The notes: generated from the letters alone by a model not told the origin. A stretch of 64,000 nucleotides of DNA from Candidatus Poribacteria bacterium (GCA_965218095.1 OZ244587.1:3552001-3616000), one strand, 5' to 3'; shown: positions 1 through 9,370, numbered from the stretch's first letter. Program-made: numbers and translations.

Positions 1-846
1 CGCTTTGGCATGCTTGAGGATGCCGCCCATGAACCAGTAGGCAAGTTGTGACAAGCCGTTTTCATCTGACTCATCAAGAAACAGGTTAGTCTGGTTTCCC
101 GTATCCCACAGACTCATGTGAAAATGCGCGCCGTTCCCCGTCAGGTTCGCAAACGGCTTGGGCATAAAGGTCGCCATCAGCCCCTGCTCTTCGGCGACGG
201 TCTTGACCATCCACTTGAAGAAGGTGTGCCGATCCGCTGTCGTCAGCGCATCGGAGTAGAGCCAATTGAGCTCAAACTGACAGTTGGCGTCTTCATGGTC
301 ATTGGCGTAGGGCTCCCAGCCCAACTCCTGTAGATATTTAATCAAGGTGGTCATCGTATCAAGGTTCCGGTGGAGCGCCCGCAGGTCATAACAAGGCTTG
401 CCCAGTGTATCGAGTGGGTCCCACGGCGCGTAGCTGCCGTCCTCACCCTGTTTCAACAGCATGAACTCCGCCTCGACGCCGACGTTGAAGAGGTAGCCTT
501 TTTGTCTGGCTTTTTCCAAGCCTCGCCGCAAAATGGTACGTGGGCAGTAGGGCCACTCGGCGTCGTCGACGTGCACATTCCCCGCCAACCACGCCACGTT
601 TTTCCGCCACGGCACAATTGTCAGTGAGTTAAAATCAGGGAGATTCGCCATCTCCGGATCGTGCGGCCCCTGACCGATTTCACCTGCCGCAAACCCGGCA
701 AAGCCAGCACCCTCCGCCGCCATGTCATCAAGATGTGTCGTCGGCACCACCTTCGCTTTTGGTGTCCCGGCCATTTCTACAAAGGAACAGAGGAAAAACT
801 CGATTCCCTTTTCTTCGACTAACGTTTTAACCTCGTCTAACGTCAT
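1..846 (-). CDS. gmaS: Type III glutamine synthetase / gamma-glutamylmethylamide synthetase (GmaS/GlnT), running off the window edge
   Basis: Not in the ORF track. Manual translation from ATG at 846 (GGAG RBS) gives MTLDEVKTLVEEKGIEFFLCSFVEMAGTPKAKVVP...AGFAGFA...GVEAEFMLL...DHEDANCQFELNW...ATFMPKPFANLTGNGAHFHMSLWD, i.e. GS signatures. Adjacent to mgsABC. Confidence 0.88.
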   Translation of the reverse strand, partial: MTLDEVKTLVEEKGIEFFLCSFVEMAGTPKAKVVPTTHLDDMAAEGAGFAGFAAGEIGQGPHDPEMANLPDFNSLTIVPWRKNVAWLAGNVHVDDAEWPYCPRTILRRGLEKARQKGYLFNVGVEAEFMLLKQGEDGSYAPWDPLDTLGKPCYDLRALHRNLDTMTTLIKYLQELGWEPYANDHEDANCQFELNWLYSDALTTADRHTFFKWMVKTVAEEQGLMATFMPKPFANLTGNGAHFHMSLWDTGNQTNLFLDESDENGLSQLAYWFMGGILKHAKA

Positions 847-1031
847 TATCACGACTCCTTCTCTCGTTGTTATTGGAAAAGATTCAATCTTTCTAATCAG
901 TCGTTAGCTAATTTTTTCATTTTGTTACCGACGATGTTGACGCTTAAAGATCCTTCATTCGAGTCACGGTTTCTTCTGCAAAATTAAGGTCCTCCATAAT
1001 TGAATCCTCAACTCACATGCCTAATCGTAAA

Positions 1032-2375
1032 TCACTCCCGTTCCTTCCAGCCTGGCCCGCCGCCAAACACGCGGTTCGTCCCGGCCAACGGAATGCCACA
1101 TATCATTGAGGCTTCCAGGCTCAACGCTCGCAGGTCTTCGGGGTCAAGGTCGTGCACGTCTGCCTTACCGCAGGCGCGAGCAAGGATCTGGATCTCCGAA
1201 GTCATCGCCTGCAGCAGGTTGGCGACGCGCTCCGCCGCTTCATTGATGTTGAGGCGTTTCATCAGGTTGGGGTCCTGCGTCGTGATGCCGACGGGACAGC
1301 GGCCCGTGTGGCAATGGTGGCAGTGGTATGGCTCGGCGCCGAGTTCGTGGTAGTCCTCGACGTATAGCGGCTTGTTGCAGTTGAGCGCCATCAGCGCCGC
1401 CGTGCCGATGTAGACTGCATCCGCACCGAGCGCCATCGCCTTCGCCGCATCGACGCCGTGACGGATGCCGCCCGCGGTAATGAGTTGCACCTCGCCATAC
1501 AACCCGAGGTCTTCGAGCGCCGCGCGTGCCTCACCCACGGCGGCGAGCGTGGGGATGCCGGTGTGCTCTTGGCAGATTTCGGCGGACGCGCCGGTGCCGC
1601 CTTCCATGCCATCCACGACAATGACATCCGCGCCCGCCTTTGCCGCTAATTTTACGTCGTCAAACACCCGCGTCGCCCCCATCTTCACGAAAATTGGGAC
1701 CTGCCAGTCGGTCGCTTCACGCAGTTCTTCGATTTTGATAATCATGTCGTCGGGACCGAGGAAGTCGGGATGCCGCGCCGGGCTGCGCTGATCTACACCG
1801 AGGGGCAGATCGCGTTGATTCGCAACCGTGTCCAACACCTTTGAGCCGAGCAGCAACCCACCTGTCCCCGGCTTTGCGCCCTGTCCGATTGTCAACTCGA
1901 TGCCATCCGCCATCCGCAGGTCGTGGATGTTGATGCCGTAGCGGGACGGCAGGACTTCGTAGATCAGCGACTTGCTGTGCTCGCGCTCCGCCATCAGCAT
2001 CCCACCATCACCCGTGGTGTTCGACGAACCGACGATATTTGCACCCTTTGCCAGGGCGACTTTGGCGTTGTAGGAGAGCGCGCCCCAACTCATGCCCGTG
2101 ATCATGATGGGAATGTCGAGTTCGATTGGCTTTTCAGCGAAGCGAGTACCGAGAAGGGTTTTGGCGGAGCAACGTTCTCGATAGCCTTCGAGCGGGATGC
2201 GCGTCAGGGTGCACGGGATGAAGGTCAGGTCATCAAACGTCGCCCATCGCCGCTCGCGCAACGTTCCAAATCCGCGGATACGGTATCTGCCCAATTCTGC
2301 CTTGACTTGGATATCTTCAATGATGTCAGGGGTGAATGTTCCACTAGTTCGGAGGTAATTCGATTTGTCCGGCAT
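1032..2375 (-). CDS. mgsC: FMN-binding glutamate synthase family protein; N-methylglutamate synthase subunit C (GlxD)
   Basis: Motifs GMSWGALS, IGQGAKPGTGGLLLG, GGIRHGVDAAKAMALGAD, CHHCHTGRCPVGITTQDP. Start set at MPDKSNY (GGAG upstream) instead of 2447. Confidence 0.88.
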   Translation of the reverse strand: MPDKSNYLRTSGTFTPDIIEDIQVKAELGRYRIRGFGTLRERRWATFDDLTFIPCTLTRIPLEGYRERCSAKTLLGTRFAEKPIELDIPIMITGMSWGALSYNAKVALAKGANIVGSSNTTGDGGMLMAEREHSKSLIYEVLPSRYGINIHDLRMADGIELTIGQGAKPGTGGLLLGSKVLDTVANQRDLPLGVDQRSPARHPDFLGPDDMIIKIEELREATDWQVPIFVKMGATRVFDDVKLAAKAGADVIVVDGMEGGTGASAEICQEHTGIPTLAAVGEARAALEDLGLYGEVQLITAGGIRHGVDAAKAMALGADAVYIGTAALMALNCNKPLYVEDYHELGAEPYHCHHCHTGRCPVGITTQDPNLMKRLNINEAAERVANLLQAMTSEIQILARACGKADVHDLDPEDLRALSLEASMICGIPLAGTNRVFGGGPGWKERE

Positions 2376-2558
2376 GGTGTAAAGTCTCCGACTATCTTGA
2401 TAATCTGCCTTTCCTAAGCGAAGTAAGGCTAATATAACCAAGTGCATATAATTCCAACTGTACCCTTAAAATGGCATCAGGGAATGAGCAATTTTGTGCC
2501 TTAAATTGTATCCATATTTTTCGACCAGCAAGAACTTTGTTCTCTTTGTTCTGTATTG

Positions 2559-3593
2559 TCACTTTAGCGTGTCGCACGTTTCTACAATCCGATCGATGAG
2601 TGGACGATAAGTTGAGTTATGCAAATGTTCTTTGTACCATTCCGCATAAGTTCCAGCTTTTAAGTGTTTTTGAATCATGCGGTTTTCTTCCAGCAATATC
2701 CATAGGTTGTGGGTGGCTCGGTTGCAAGAGCCATAGGTACGGTCTGCTCTAAGACCTTCTATACCATACTTTTGACAAGCGGGGCATTGGCATTCTTCCA
2801 ATTTTTTCAATTCCTCTGAATTTGGTTTGCGTACCTTCCAATTGCCGAGGTTAGCCACGGCACGATCGGAAGTTCCCGGCAACTGCACCAGTCCCCGTGC
2901 TGCCCGAACGCGCCAGCCAGTTGAATCCACTGAATCTATTCCCAATAGCGCTGCGATGTGCAATGTTGCTGTGCCACCTACTCCAAAGAGGTGCAGTTTC
3001 CGATCAGCGAATACTGCACAAACCTGACGCACTTTGTCTAGCACATCCCCACTTGACATGGATTTGGAAGCACGTAAAAGATTAGGTACAATTCCACCAA
3101 TAGCACAAATTGGTTTAGATCGAAGCCGTTCATTCTCCTCAAACTGGCGGAGATATTCGTCTAGGTGGCGACTGACATGAAGGATGGGTACATACCCATC
3201 GTGAGAATATTTTCGATTAACTGCCATTGTCCGTTGTAGGCATTCAAGTTGTTTCTTGTTGCTCATACTTGGCATAGGGATATAGTCTTGAGGAATTGCA
3301 TACCAATCAGGTTTTGCCTGTTCCACAAATTCTTCGTAATCCTGACGCGGCACTTCAATCCCATCTCGTGAAAACCTGAATGCACCATTATCCAGATAAA
3401 TGTTCACAGATTTTGGAATATCAAGACTAGTGTGCAACCCCATCTCCATGGCGCGATGACGGCGAGTCGGGCTTTGATGAAAATCCGCGTAGGAAACCAT
3501 TACAGCATATAACTTATCCAAGTAGTAAGGTGAGTCAATATCCCATACTTGCGGCTTAATACTGGTGATCTGCAGCCCTGCAACAATTTTCAT
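2559..3593 (-). CDS. tRNA-guanine transglycosylase (TGT)/DpdA-like TIM-barrel protein with Zn site
   Basis: YLDNGAF (DSGG[FY]/DSGAF equivalent), PQDYIP, AIGGIVP, LHLFGVG, DSVDSTGW (catalytic Asp region), CQCPAC...HNL zinc motif. Confidence 0.8.
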   Translation of the reverse strand: MKIVAGLQITSIKPQVWDIDSPYYLDKLYAVMVSYADFHQSPTRRHRAMEMGLHTSLDIPKSVNIYLDNGAFRFSRDGIEVPRQDYEEFVEQAKPDWYAIPQDYIPMPSMSNKKQLECLQRTMAVNRKYSHDGYVPILHVSRHLDEYLRQFEENERLRSKPICAIGGIVPNLLRASKSMSSGDVLDKVRQVCAVFADRKLHLFGVGGTATLHIAALLGIDSVDSTGWRVRAARGLVQLPGTSDRAVANLGNWKVRKPNSEELKKLEECQCPACQKYGIEGLRADRTYGSCNRATHNLWILLEENRMIQKHLKAGTYAEWYKEHLHNSTYRPLIDRIVETCDTLK

Positions 3594-3629
3594 ACCTAAT
3601 TTCCTCTAATCATCATAGTGCATCGGTCC

Positions 3630-5351
3630 TCAGCTATTGCTGGTTCGATTGCGAACTTCCTGAAGGTGCCTAAAAGCATTAGTTTCTTCTAGCTCCCCTC
3701 TAGAATCGGGTTCTTTCATTTTCACCAAAATGGGGAAATTTACCATTTGACCTGATAACAGTGCTTCACCTACTTCGAGATTAGGAAGTAAGTTTGCTTC
3801 TTCCTCACCTAATGACTCGACAACTCTTTTCACGAAGTTCTGATCGGCAGGATTTACCATTCGCATGGTAATATAAGAGTTGCATTGAGACAGAGTTGTC
3901 TCGTCTATGCGCGAGGGCCTCTGACTGATTACAACCAAGCCGATGTGGAATTTCCTTCCCTCTTGGGCAATCTGTTTGGTGATGGCTATGGATTGTTGTT
4001 CGGCTGACGAATTGCTACTACTAGGAACGAAGTTGTGAGCTTCTTCAAGCAACAGTAAAAAAGGTAATTCCAGTTGTCCGTTAACCTTGGTTTGAAATAG
4101 TTTGTCTGCAATGATGCTATAAATTGTAGCCTGAAAGTCTCCAGTATAGCCGGCCAAAGACACAACTGAAATTTTACCATACTGCACGAGCTCTTCGCGA
4201 TTTAGAGGTATAGGTTGCGATTCGCCGGCGGTTGTTCTATTGATACCTTCCATCCTAAATAGCTTATACGCTGCTCGCCTAGTTCTATGACATATTCCCT
4301 CCAGAGTTCTTGCATTCGGATTTTGCTGAGATAGATTCTGCCAGCAAATTTCTTCCAGATACTGAAGATCGCTAGGATCCTGACTACTCGCTCGTATTGA
4401 TTGAACAACAACCTGGGCTATATTGGCAACTAACCAAAGATCGGGACGAATGCCATATTGACTAATCTCATTATCATTAAGTCTACCAGCTAGCCAGTTT
4501 GTTCTTTCTATTCTTTCATTTTCTTCGGCTTCGTAAAATCTTTTAGTTGCATTAAATAAATCACTAAATAAAGCCATCATTGGGCCCGTTAGTTCGTATG
4601 CAAGATTGTTAACAATCTGAGCTACTGTATCTGCTTCTTGTTCAAAAATCGGGAAGGTAGCATGGTAAAGATTAACCCGATTACGAAGCGAGTCGATCTC
4701 CCCCAATCTTGTATAATCCCCACGCGGATCGAAGATGACCATCGGATAATTTTTATTCGCCAATTCTTCAATAATTCGTCGGGCTGCCCAACTCTTGCCA
4801 GCTCCTGTCATTGCTAGTATAGCTAAATGACGGGTAACTATGGCGTGGCCATCTACTTTCACATCAATATCAGGGCTATTAGAGAGAGTAGCAATATCTA
4901 GCGCACTATTCCGATTATTTTCTAGATTTCCCACTAACACACGCTCTAGATCTTCTGAATCGGGTCTATAAGCACTAGTAGCGGGTTTAGGAGGATATCG
5001 CAGGCTCTCAAGCTTACCGGACTCTTCACCCTTCAATTCATATCCCAATACTTGGCATACAGCTGTTACAATCTCATGACTTAGAGCGAGTACAGTTTCC
5101 ATCGGATCGGTCTGTGTTTCTGCTAGTTCGTGACCTGCTTCAACCGGAAAGAGAGGGTTGAGACGTTCTATGCTTTGGACCTTCGCCCAAACTCTTATCT
5201 CTTTTGACTCTCCACTCCCTTCCATCTCATTTAACGTAGCGTCTACTGCGATGATATCCTGCTCACGTATTGCTTCCGGCGTTACAGCGAGGCGAAATTC
5301 CTTGCTCGTACTTTCACCAACGAGTGTACCAACAACTTTCTCTTTTTCCAT
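3630..5351 (-). CDS. herA: HerA/FtsK-family ATPase (DUF87) with N-terminal HAS barrel
   Basis: VGTLVGESTSKEFRLAV (HAS barrel), HLAILAMTGAGKS (Walker A), IFDPRGDY, LLLEEAHNF (Walker B), EGRKFHIGLVVISQRPS, LSQCNS. Confidence 0.92.
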   Translation of the reverse strand: MEKEKVVGTLVGESTSKEFRLAVTPEAIREQDIIAVDATLNEMEGSGESKEIRVWAKVQSIERLNPLFPVEAGHELAETQTDPMETVLALSHEIVTAVCQVLGYELKGEESGKLESLRYPPKPATSAYRPDSEDLERVLVGNLENNRNSALDIATLSNSPDIDVKVDGHAIVTRHLAILAMTGAGKSWAARRIIEELANKNYPMVIFDPRGDYTRLGEIDSLRNRVNLYHATFPIFEQEADTVAQIVNNLAYELTGPMMALFSDLFNATKRFYEAEENERIERTNWLAGRLNDNEISQYGIRPDLWLVANIAQVVVQSIRASSQDPSDLQYLEEICWQNLSQQNPNARTLEGICHRTRRAAYKLFRMEGINRTTAGESQPIPLNREELVQYGKISVVSLAGYTGDFQATIYSIIADKLFQTKVNGQLELPFLLLLEEAHNFVPSSSNSSAEQQSIAITKQIAQEGRKFHIGLVVISQRPSRIDETTLSQCNSYITMRMVNPADQNFVKRVVESLGEEEANLLPNLEVGEALLSGQMVNFPILVKMKEPDSRGELEETNAFRHLQEVRNRTSNS

Positions 5352-5358
5352 GATTTAT

Positions 5359-6840
5359 CTACTTTTTCACAGTCGGCCGAAAGATCCAATCTCGGCGTTT
5401 CATATAGATGGCCCGCACTATCACTTTCCTTATCTCTTCATCGCTAATTTCCCCCTTCTGTAGGCTTACCCCCAGTATATGGCGGACCGTTTTGTCGTAT
5501 GCCTTTGTCATCCAGTTGGGCACATGGGCAAACTTATCCGCAATATCTAAGCCGACAGGAAACCCGTAATTGGGCAAGAGGCGCGAATACAAGTATACCC
5601 GCCGCGCGGCTTCTTTAACTTGGTCTTCTCCAAGATCAGAAAAGATCTCAATTCTAATAGGTTCGGTATTCGCGCTAGCCTGAATATAAGTTCCCTGTAT
5701 GGAAGGAAAACCAAACTGGCTGCTATCTTCCAAACAGGAAAAGTCTACCCGAAAACTTTCTGATTCATTTGGAAGTCGGATTTGACCCGATCCCAAACCG
5801 CTAGTGGACTTGTCTATTGTCCAAGGTTCGGAATATTCGCCAGTGTCAAGGAGCAAGGCCATGAGAAGATTATCTGTATAACCCAATCTGTCCATCAAGT
5901 TTTTGGGGGAGGTAAGATCGGAGAGACCAAACATCTCGTTGAAATAGTTCTCATTTTCGTTTTCACGCAAGCCACGGAAAACGCGTTTAAGTAATACATC
6001 CTCGGAAAACTTTCGAGATCTTCCTCGTTCTACTACCCCTGCAATGATTGGTCGAGGTTCCCTATTTAGTGCCACAGAGATCAATTTTCTATACAGAAAT
6101 GCAATCCATGACAAAGGTTCAAAAAGTCGGCGGCTTGCCCACTCATCAGATCTTCCACCAGCTATAGCCGGATAAATATCAAGACGTGCCGCTTCAAGAA
6201 AATCTGCTTTCAATTGCTTCGCCTGTTCCTCATCACCTGAATAGTGTTTTAGAAACAGGTCAATATCTGCTTCAGTAAAGGGTGTATGACCTGCATAAGC
6301 GTCCATTAAATAAACCAGTGGACCATGGAACAACAGTACTCTTAGATCTGTATTGCGGTTCAGTGCTGAAAGTCCCCCCAGTAGTTCGGCAGTAATACGG
6401 ACAATATCTGTGAAGTCTTCCCGTTCCTTGCTGCCTCCTTCAAGATCTCCGAAAATTACTGGGTAATAACCGAAATTCTCCCGTTCGGCCAGATTTCCTT
6501 CACCTACACGTACTGCATAAGATCCCACGCGTAACAAGATAGGAACTTGGGATAATTCTGACTGACCGATTCCTCCATCAATAAAACTAACTAGTTCGCT
6601 TTGAAACTCTTCCCAAGTTGCATCTTTGACTGAAAATGTCTGAAGTATAGCACTATCGCGCTTTCCTCTATTAGCTTCGTCCATAGCTTGACGCAGATGG
6701 GTTATAAAACGTGCTGTGTTACGATAATAGTTATCCCTCAGATTTTCAGCCACTAATAGCGATTTTTCCACTAGTTGCATCATTAGCTGAGGCTGCTGAT
6801 AGAGATCCTCCAAAACTCTTTCCTCGTCTTGTTCCGGCAT
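5359..6840 (-). CDS. nurA: NurA-domain nuclease
   Basis: FIDGG, LLFHGPL, IAGVVER and GFPVGLDIADKFA match NurA motifs; 7 nt upstream of herA. Confidence 0.82.
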   Translation of the reverse strand: MPEQDEERVLEDLYQQPQLMMQLVEKSLLVAENLRDNYYRNTARFITHLRQAMDEANRGKRDSAILQTFSVKDATWEEFQSELVSFIDGGIGQSELSQVPILLRVGSYAVRVGEGNLAERENFGYYPVIFGDLEGGSKEREDFTDIVRITAELLGGLSALNRNTDLRVLLFHGPLVYLMDAYAGHTPFTEADIDLFLKHYSGDEEQAKQLKADFLEAARLDIYPAIAGGRSDEWASRRLFEPLSWIAFLYRKLISVALNREPRPIIAGVVERGRSRKFSEDVLLKRVFRGLRENENENYFNEMFGLSDLTSPKNLMDRLGYTDNLLMALLLDTGEYSEPWTIDKSTSGLGSGQIRLPNESESFRVDFSCLEDSSQFGFPSIQGTYIQASANTEPIRIEIFSDLGEDQVKEAARRVYLYSRLLPNYGFPVGLDIADKFAHVPNWMTKAYDKTVRHILGVSLQKGEISDEEIRKVIVRAIYMKRRDWIFRPTVKK

Positions 6841-6854
6841 ACAGTATTAACCTC

Positions 6855-7625
6855 CTACCATCTTGAGCGGATTTTGATTCCGAGTTGTTGCAAGATCCGC
6901 TTCGCTTCGTTTGTGTGAAAAGCATTCACAGGTAGACCTGTCAATTGGTTGACTAGCCACTTGACAGGTACTCGTTGATCGCCTACCTGCACATACCATA
7001 TCTGATATTTTGGGATATTCCATTCTTCTGTGAGCGCGATACATGCTATATCCATCACTTGTTTGGGCGTGAACGCGATTTCAATACCACGAAGGTATAC
7101 TTTGCCTCGTTGGACAACTTTCGTCTGAGTCTCGGACGATTCCGATACACTCTTATGCAGCCAGTTGCGAAGTTCTGCCAGTTTGCGCCCCATTACTCCT
7201 GTAGAGACAATCACCTTGAGATTAGTAGGAATTAGCAATTTATACCCGACCAAAACTTGCCGATATGCTTTGCCCATGCTTATGAATAACTCATCGTATT
7301 GTCTACTACTTAAAACCTGCTTGAGTTCATTCAGAGTCGGTTGTTGCAATTCCTTAATTTGCTGCAGTGTCATTCGACGATCGTAGTTAGGAATTGGTTT
7401 GCAGGCTGAAATCAATCCAAACTTGGCTGATAAGATATACACATCAAGTAACCACGCTTCAGACGGGTGCATTCGCATAAACTTATTCATTACCCGATAT
7501 GCTGGTCCGTCGTAGCGTTTCAAAGCTGGTAGTAAACCTTGAGCGGAACGTTTCCTTTGGGAACACGAGAGAATTAGCAACCGTGGGTTTGAAGCAGTTT
7601 TCTCCTTATACATTGCGTTTACCAC
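6855..7625 (-). CDS. DUF6884/YaaA-like protein with a C-terminal putative DNA-binding domain
   Basis: LLILSCSQRK...PALKRYDGPAY...YILSAKFGLI...IPNYDRRM...ISMGKAY pattern; separate C-terminal domain WYVQVGDQRVPVKWLVNQLTGLPVNAFHTNEAKRILQQLG. Confidence 0.65.
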   Translation of the reverse strand: MVNAMYKEKTASNPRLLILSCSQRKRSAQGLLPALKRYDGPAYRVMNKFMRMHPSEAWLLDVYILSAKFGLISACKPIPNYDRRMTLQQIKELQQPTLNELKQVLSSRQYDELFISMGKAYRQVLVGYKLLIPTNLKVIVSTGVMGRKLAELRNWLHKSVSESSETQTKVVQRGKVYLRGIEIAFTPKQVMDIACIALTEEWNIPKYQIWYVQVGDQRVPVKWLVNQLTGLPVNAFHTNEAKRILQQLGIKIRSRW

Positions 7626-7729
7626 TCTGGCAACTCCTTTCCCGCATCGCAGAAGGTGTATTCCATTTCTGGCACTTTGTCCCGCATGTAAATGGCGAGT
7701 GCCGAGCTATCTTTGCCACCGGAAAGACC
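7619..7729 (-). pseudogene. N-terminal relic of a PAPS-reductase family protein (SspD/DndC-like)
   Basis: Frame not in the ORF track: GLSGGKDSSALAIYMRDKVPEMEYTFCDAGKELPEW*, containing the PP-loop SGGKDS and the FCDxGKELPE motif. Confidence 0.75.
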
Positions 7730-7763
7730 GAAATAATCGCATGTTCATGGTTAGGCAGCGAAT

Positions 7764-8474
7764 TCATAATGCCTCCCGCCATACCGCTCGCTCGTCCTTG
7801 TCGAAGTTCCACAGCTTGCGCCCGGAGACGACTTTCTTGAAATTGCGGATGGCGGTCCGTGAATTGCGAACTTTGGAAGGGAGATGCTGAGATAGGGTGG
7901 ATTCGAGGAAGGCGCGTTCCTCTTCGGTCGGTTCTTCAATGACGGCATCGTTGCCGAGTTCAGCGATCTCGCCGACGACAAAGCAGACCGCCTCGTACAT
8001 CGAGTCGGCAAACGCCTCGCCGGCGTCCCCGCAGACGATAATCGTTCCCTTCTGCGCCATGAAACCCGCCATATAGCCGCAATTGCCCCCGACAATGATT
8101 AGTCCGCCTTTCATTGAGACGCCTAACCGCGCTGCCGCATCGCCGTGAATGACAACCGTTCCACCGCGAATTGAAGCCGCCGCGCCGTTGCCTGCGTTCC
8201 CCTCGACGACAACTGTGCCGCCCATCATCGACTCCGCCAATCCCCAACCGGCGCTGCCTTCGATTTCGACGGTCGGCCCGTCAATCATCCCCGCACAGTA
8301 GTAACCCACGCTGCTGTCGAAGGTCAGGTGGACCGGCTGTAACAGCGCCACGCCTAGATTGTGTTGAGCACCGGGGTTTTTCACGCAGAGGTCGGTCTCC
8401 CCCTGGGCGATGAGGCGTTTGATTTCGGCGTTGATGTCGCGGGTAGTTTTTCCGTCACAGACTATGTCTGCCAT
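7764..8474 (-). CDS. mgsB: GXGXG-domain protein; N-methylglutamate synthase subunit B (GlxC)
   Basis: GYYCAGM, GWGLAESMMGG, GNAGNGAAASIRGG, GVSMKGG, FMAQKG, DSMYEA, SGRKLWNF. Confidence 0.88.
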   Translation of the reverse strand: MADIVCDGKTTRDINAEIKRLIAQGETDLCVKNPGAQHNLGVALLQPVHLTFDSSVGYYCAGMIDGPTVEIEGSAGWGLAESMMGGTVVVEGNAGNGAAASIRGGTVVIHGDAAARLGVSMKGGLIIVGGNCGYMAGFMAQKGTIIVCGDAGEAFADSMYEAVCFVVGEIAELGNDAVIEEPTEEERAFLESTLSQHLPSKVRNSRTAIRNFKKVVSGRKLWNFDKDERAVWREAL

Positions 8475-9370
8475 ACTTGTACATCCTTTGCTTGCGCCTC
8501 GCGAACTTCGCAGGCGCCCTCAAAGGCGGCGCGGATCGCGATCTCTTCAGTCGCAACGGCGACAAACCTATCGGTTTCGGTAAAGAGTAGGGGCTTGAAG
8601 GCGAAGGGGTCTTTGGCGAACCCGATGTAATCAGTGGTCGCAGCGAGGTAACTGAACGAGCCATCCAAATCAACAAGCGAAGCCTCCAATGCTTCCTTAA
8701 ACGTCATCTCCTGCGACAATCGATCCGCAAGATAGACGCCGATGATTTCGGAGTCGTTTTCGGTGTAGAATCTGACGCCGCGCTGCTCGTAGCGACAGCG
8801 AAGCTTGTGGTAGTTTGTGATGTGCCCGTTGTGAACGATAGCGAGGTCGGGATAGCCGTGCGCCCAAAAGGGCTGTGAATGGCTCAGGTCAACACGGCTC
8901 TCTGTCGAAAGGCGTGTGTGTCCCAGACCGTGCGTCCCTGTGAACGCCGAGACGCTGTAGGCCGCGTCAAGATTTTGCGGGCTTCCGACCTGCTTGACGA
9001 CTTCAAGCTCGCGTCCCATGCTGACCACTTCGATGGCGTCATCCAGAGACTCAATGAATTGCGTCAACGCCGCTGTCTCTCCAGACAGATCGATGACGAA
9101 CCGAAGATACTCGGCGATTATTTTCACGTCGCGCACCGCGCCAAATGTACGCGCCCCATCGGCAATAGAAATGCCCTTCTCTCCTGCGCCATCCGCTTCT
9201 CCCAGCTTGACCCGCACGATGAAGCAGCCATTTTCCTGGGGACCGTAGAGCGCTACACCCGCCGAATCCGGCCCCCGCACCGCCAGCGCCGTGAGCATTG
9301 TGAGGATGGTTTGCCCCACCGTGGCGTTGTCATTTTTGGTCTTGTCTAGAAAACCGATGATGCCACACAC
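8462..9370 (-). CDS. mgsA: Class II glutamine amidotransferase; N-methylglutamate synthase subunit A (GlxB)
   Basis: GTG start at 9370 behind GAGGAG gives the Ntn N-terminus MCGIIG; RGPDSAG, GHTRLSTES, SQPF, VHNGHITN, TENDSE, LDGSF. Confidence 0.88.
   Translation of the reverse strand: MCGIIGFLDKTKNDNATVGQTILTMLTALAVRGPDSAGVALYGPQENGCFIVRVKLGEADGAGEKGISIADGARTFGAVRDVKIIAEYLRFVIDLSGETAALTQFIESLDDAIEVVSMGRELEVVKQVGSPQNLDAAYSVSAFTGTHGLGHTRLSTESRVDLSHSQPFWAHGYPDLAIVHNGHITNYHKLRCRYEQRGVRFYTENDSEIIGVYLADRLSQEMTFKEALEASLVDLDGSFSYLAATTDYIGFAKDPFAFKPLLFTETDRFVAVATEEIAIRAAFEGACEVREAQAKDVQVWQT

Noticed and set aside
2559-3593. Housekeeping queuine tRNA-ribosyltransferase (tgt)
   Set aside because: Lacks the TPxFMPVGT, DSGGFQ and FDCV signatures and lies in a compositionally foreign cassette.
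7606-7812. 68-aa ORF as a real gene
   Set aside because: It spans the insertion junction; the recognisable coding signal is in another frame (PAPS-reductase relic).
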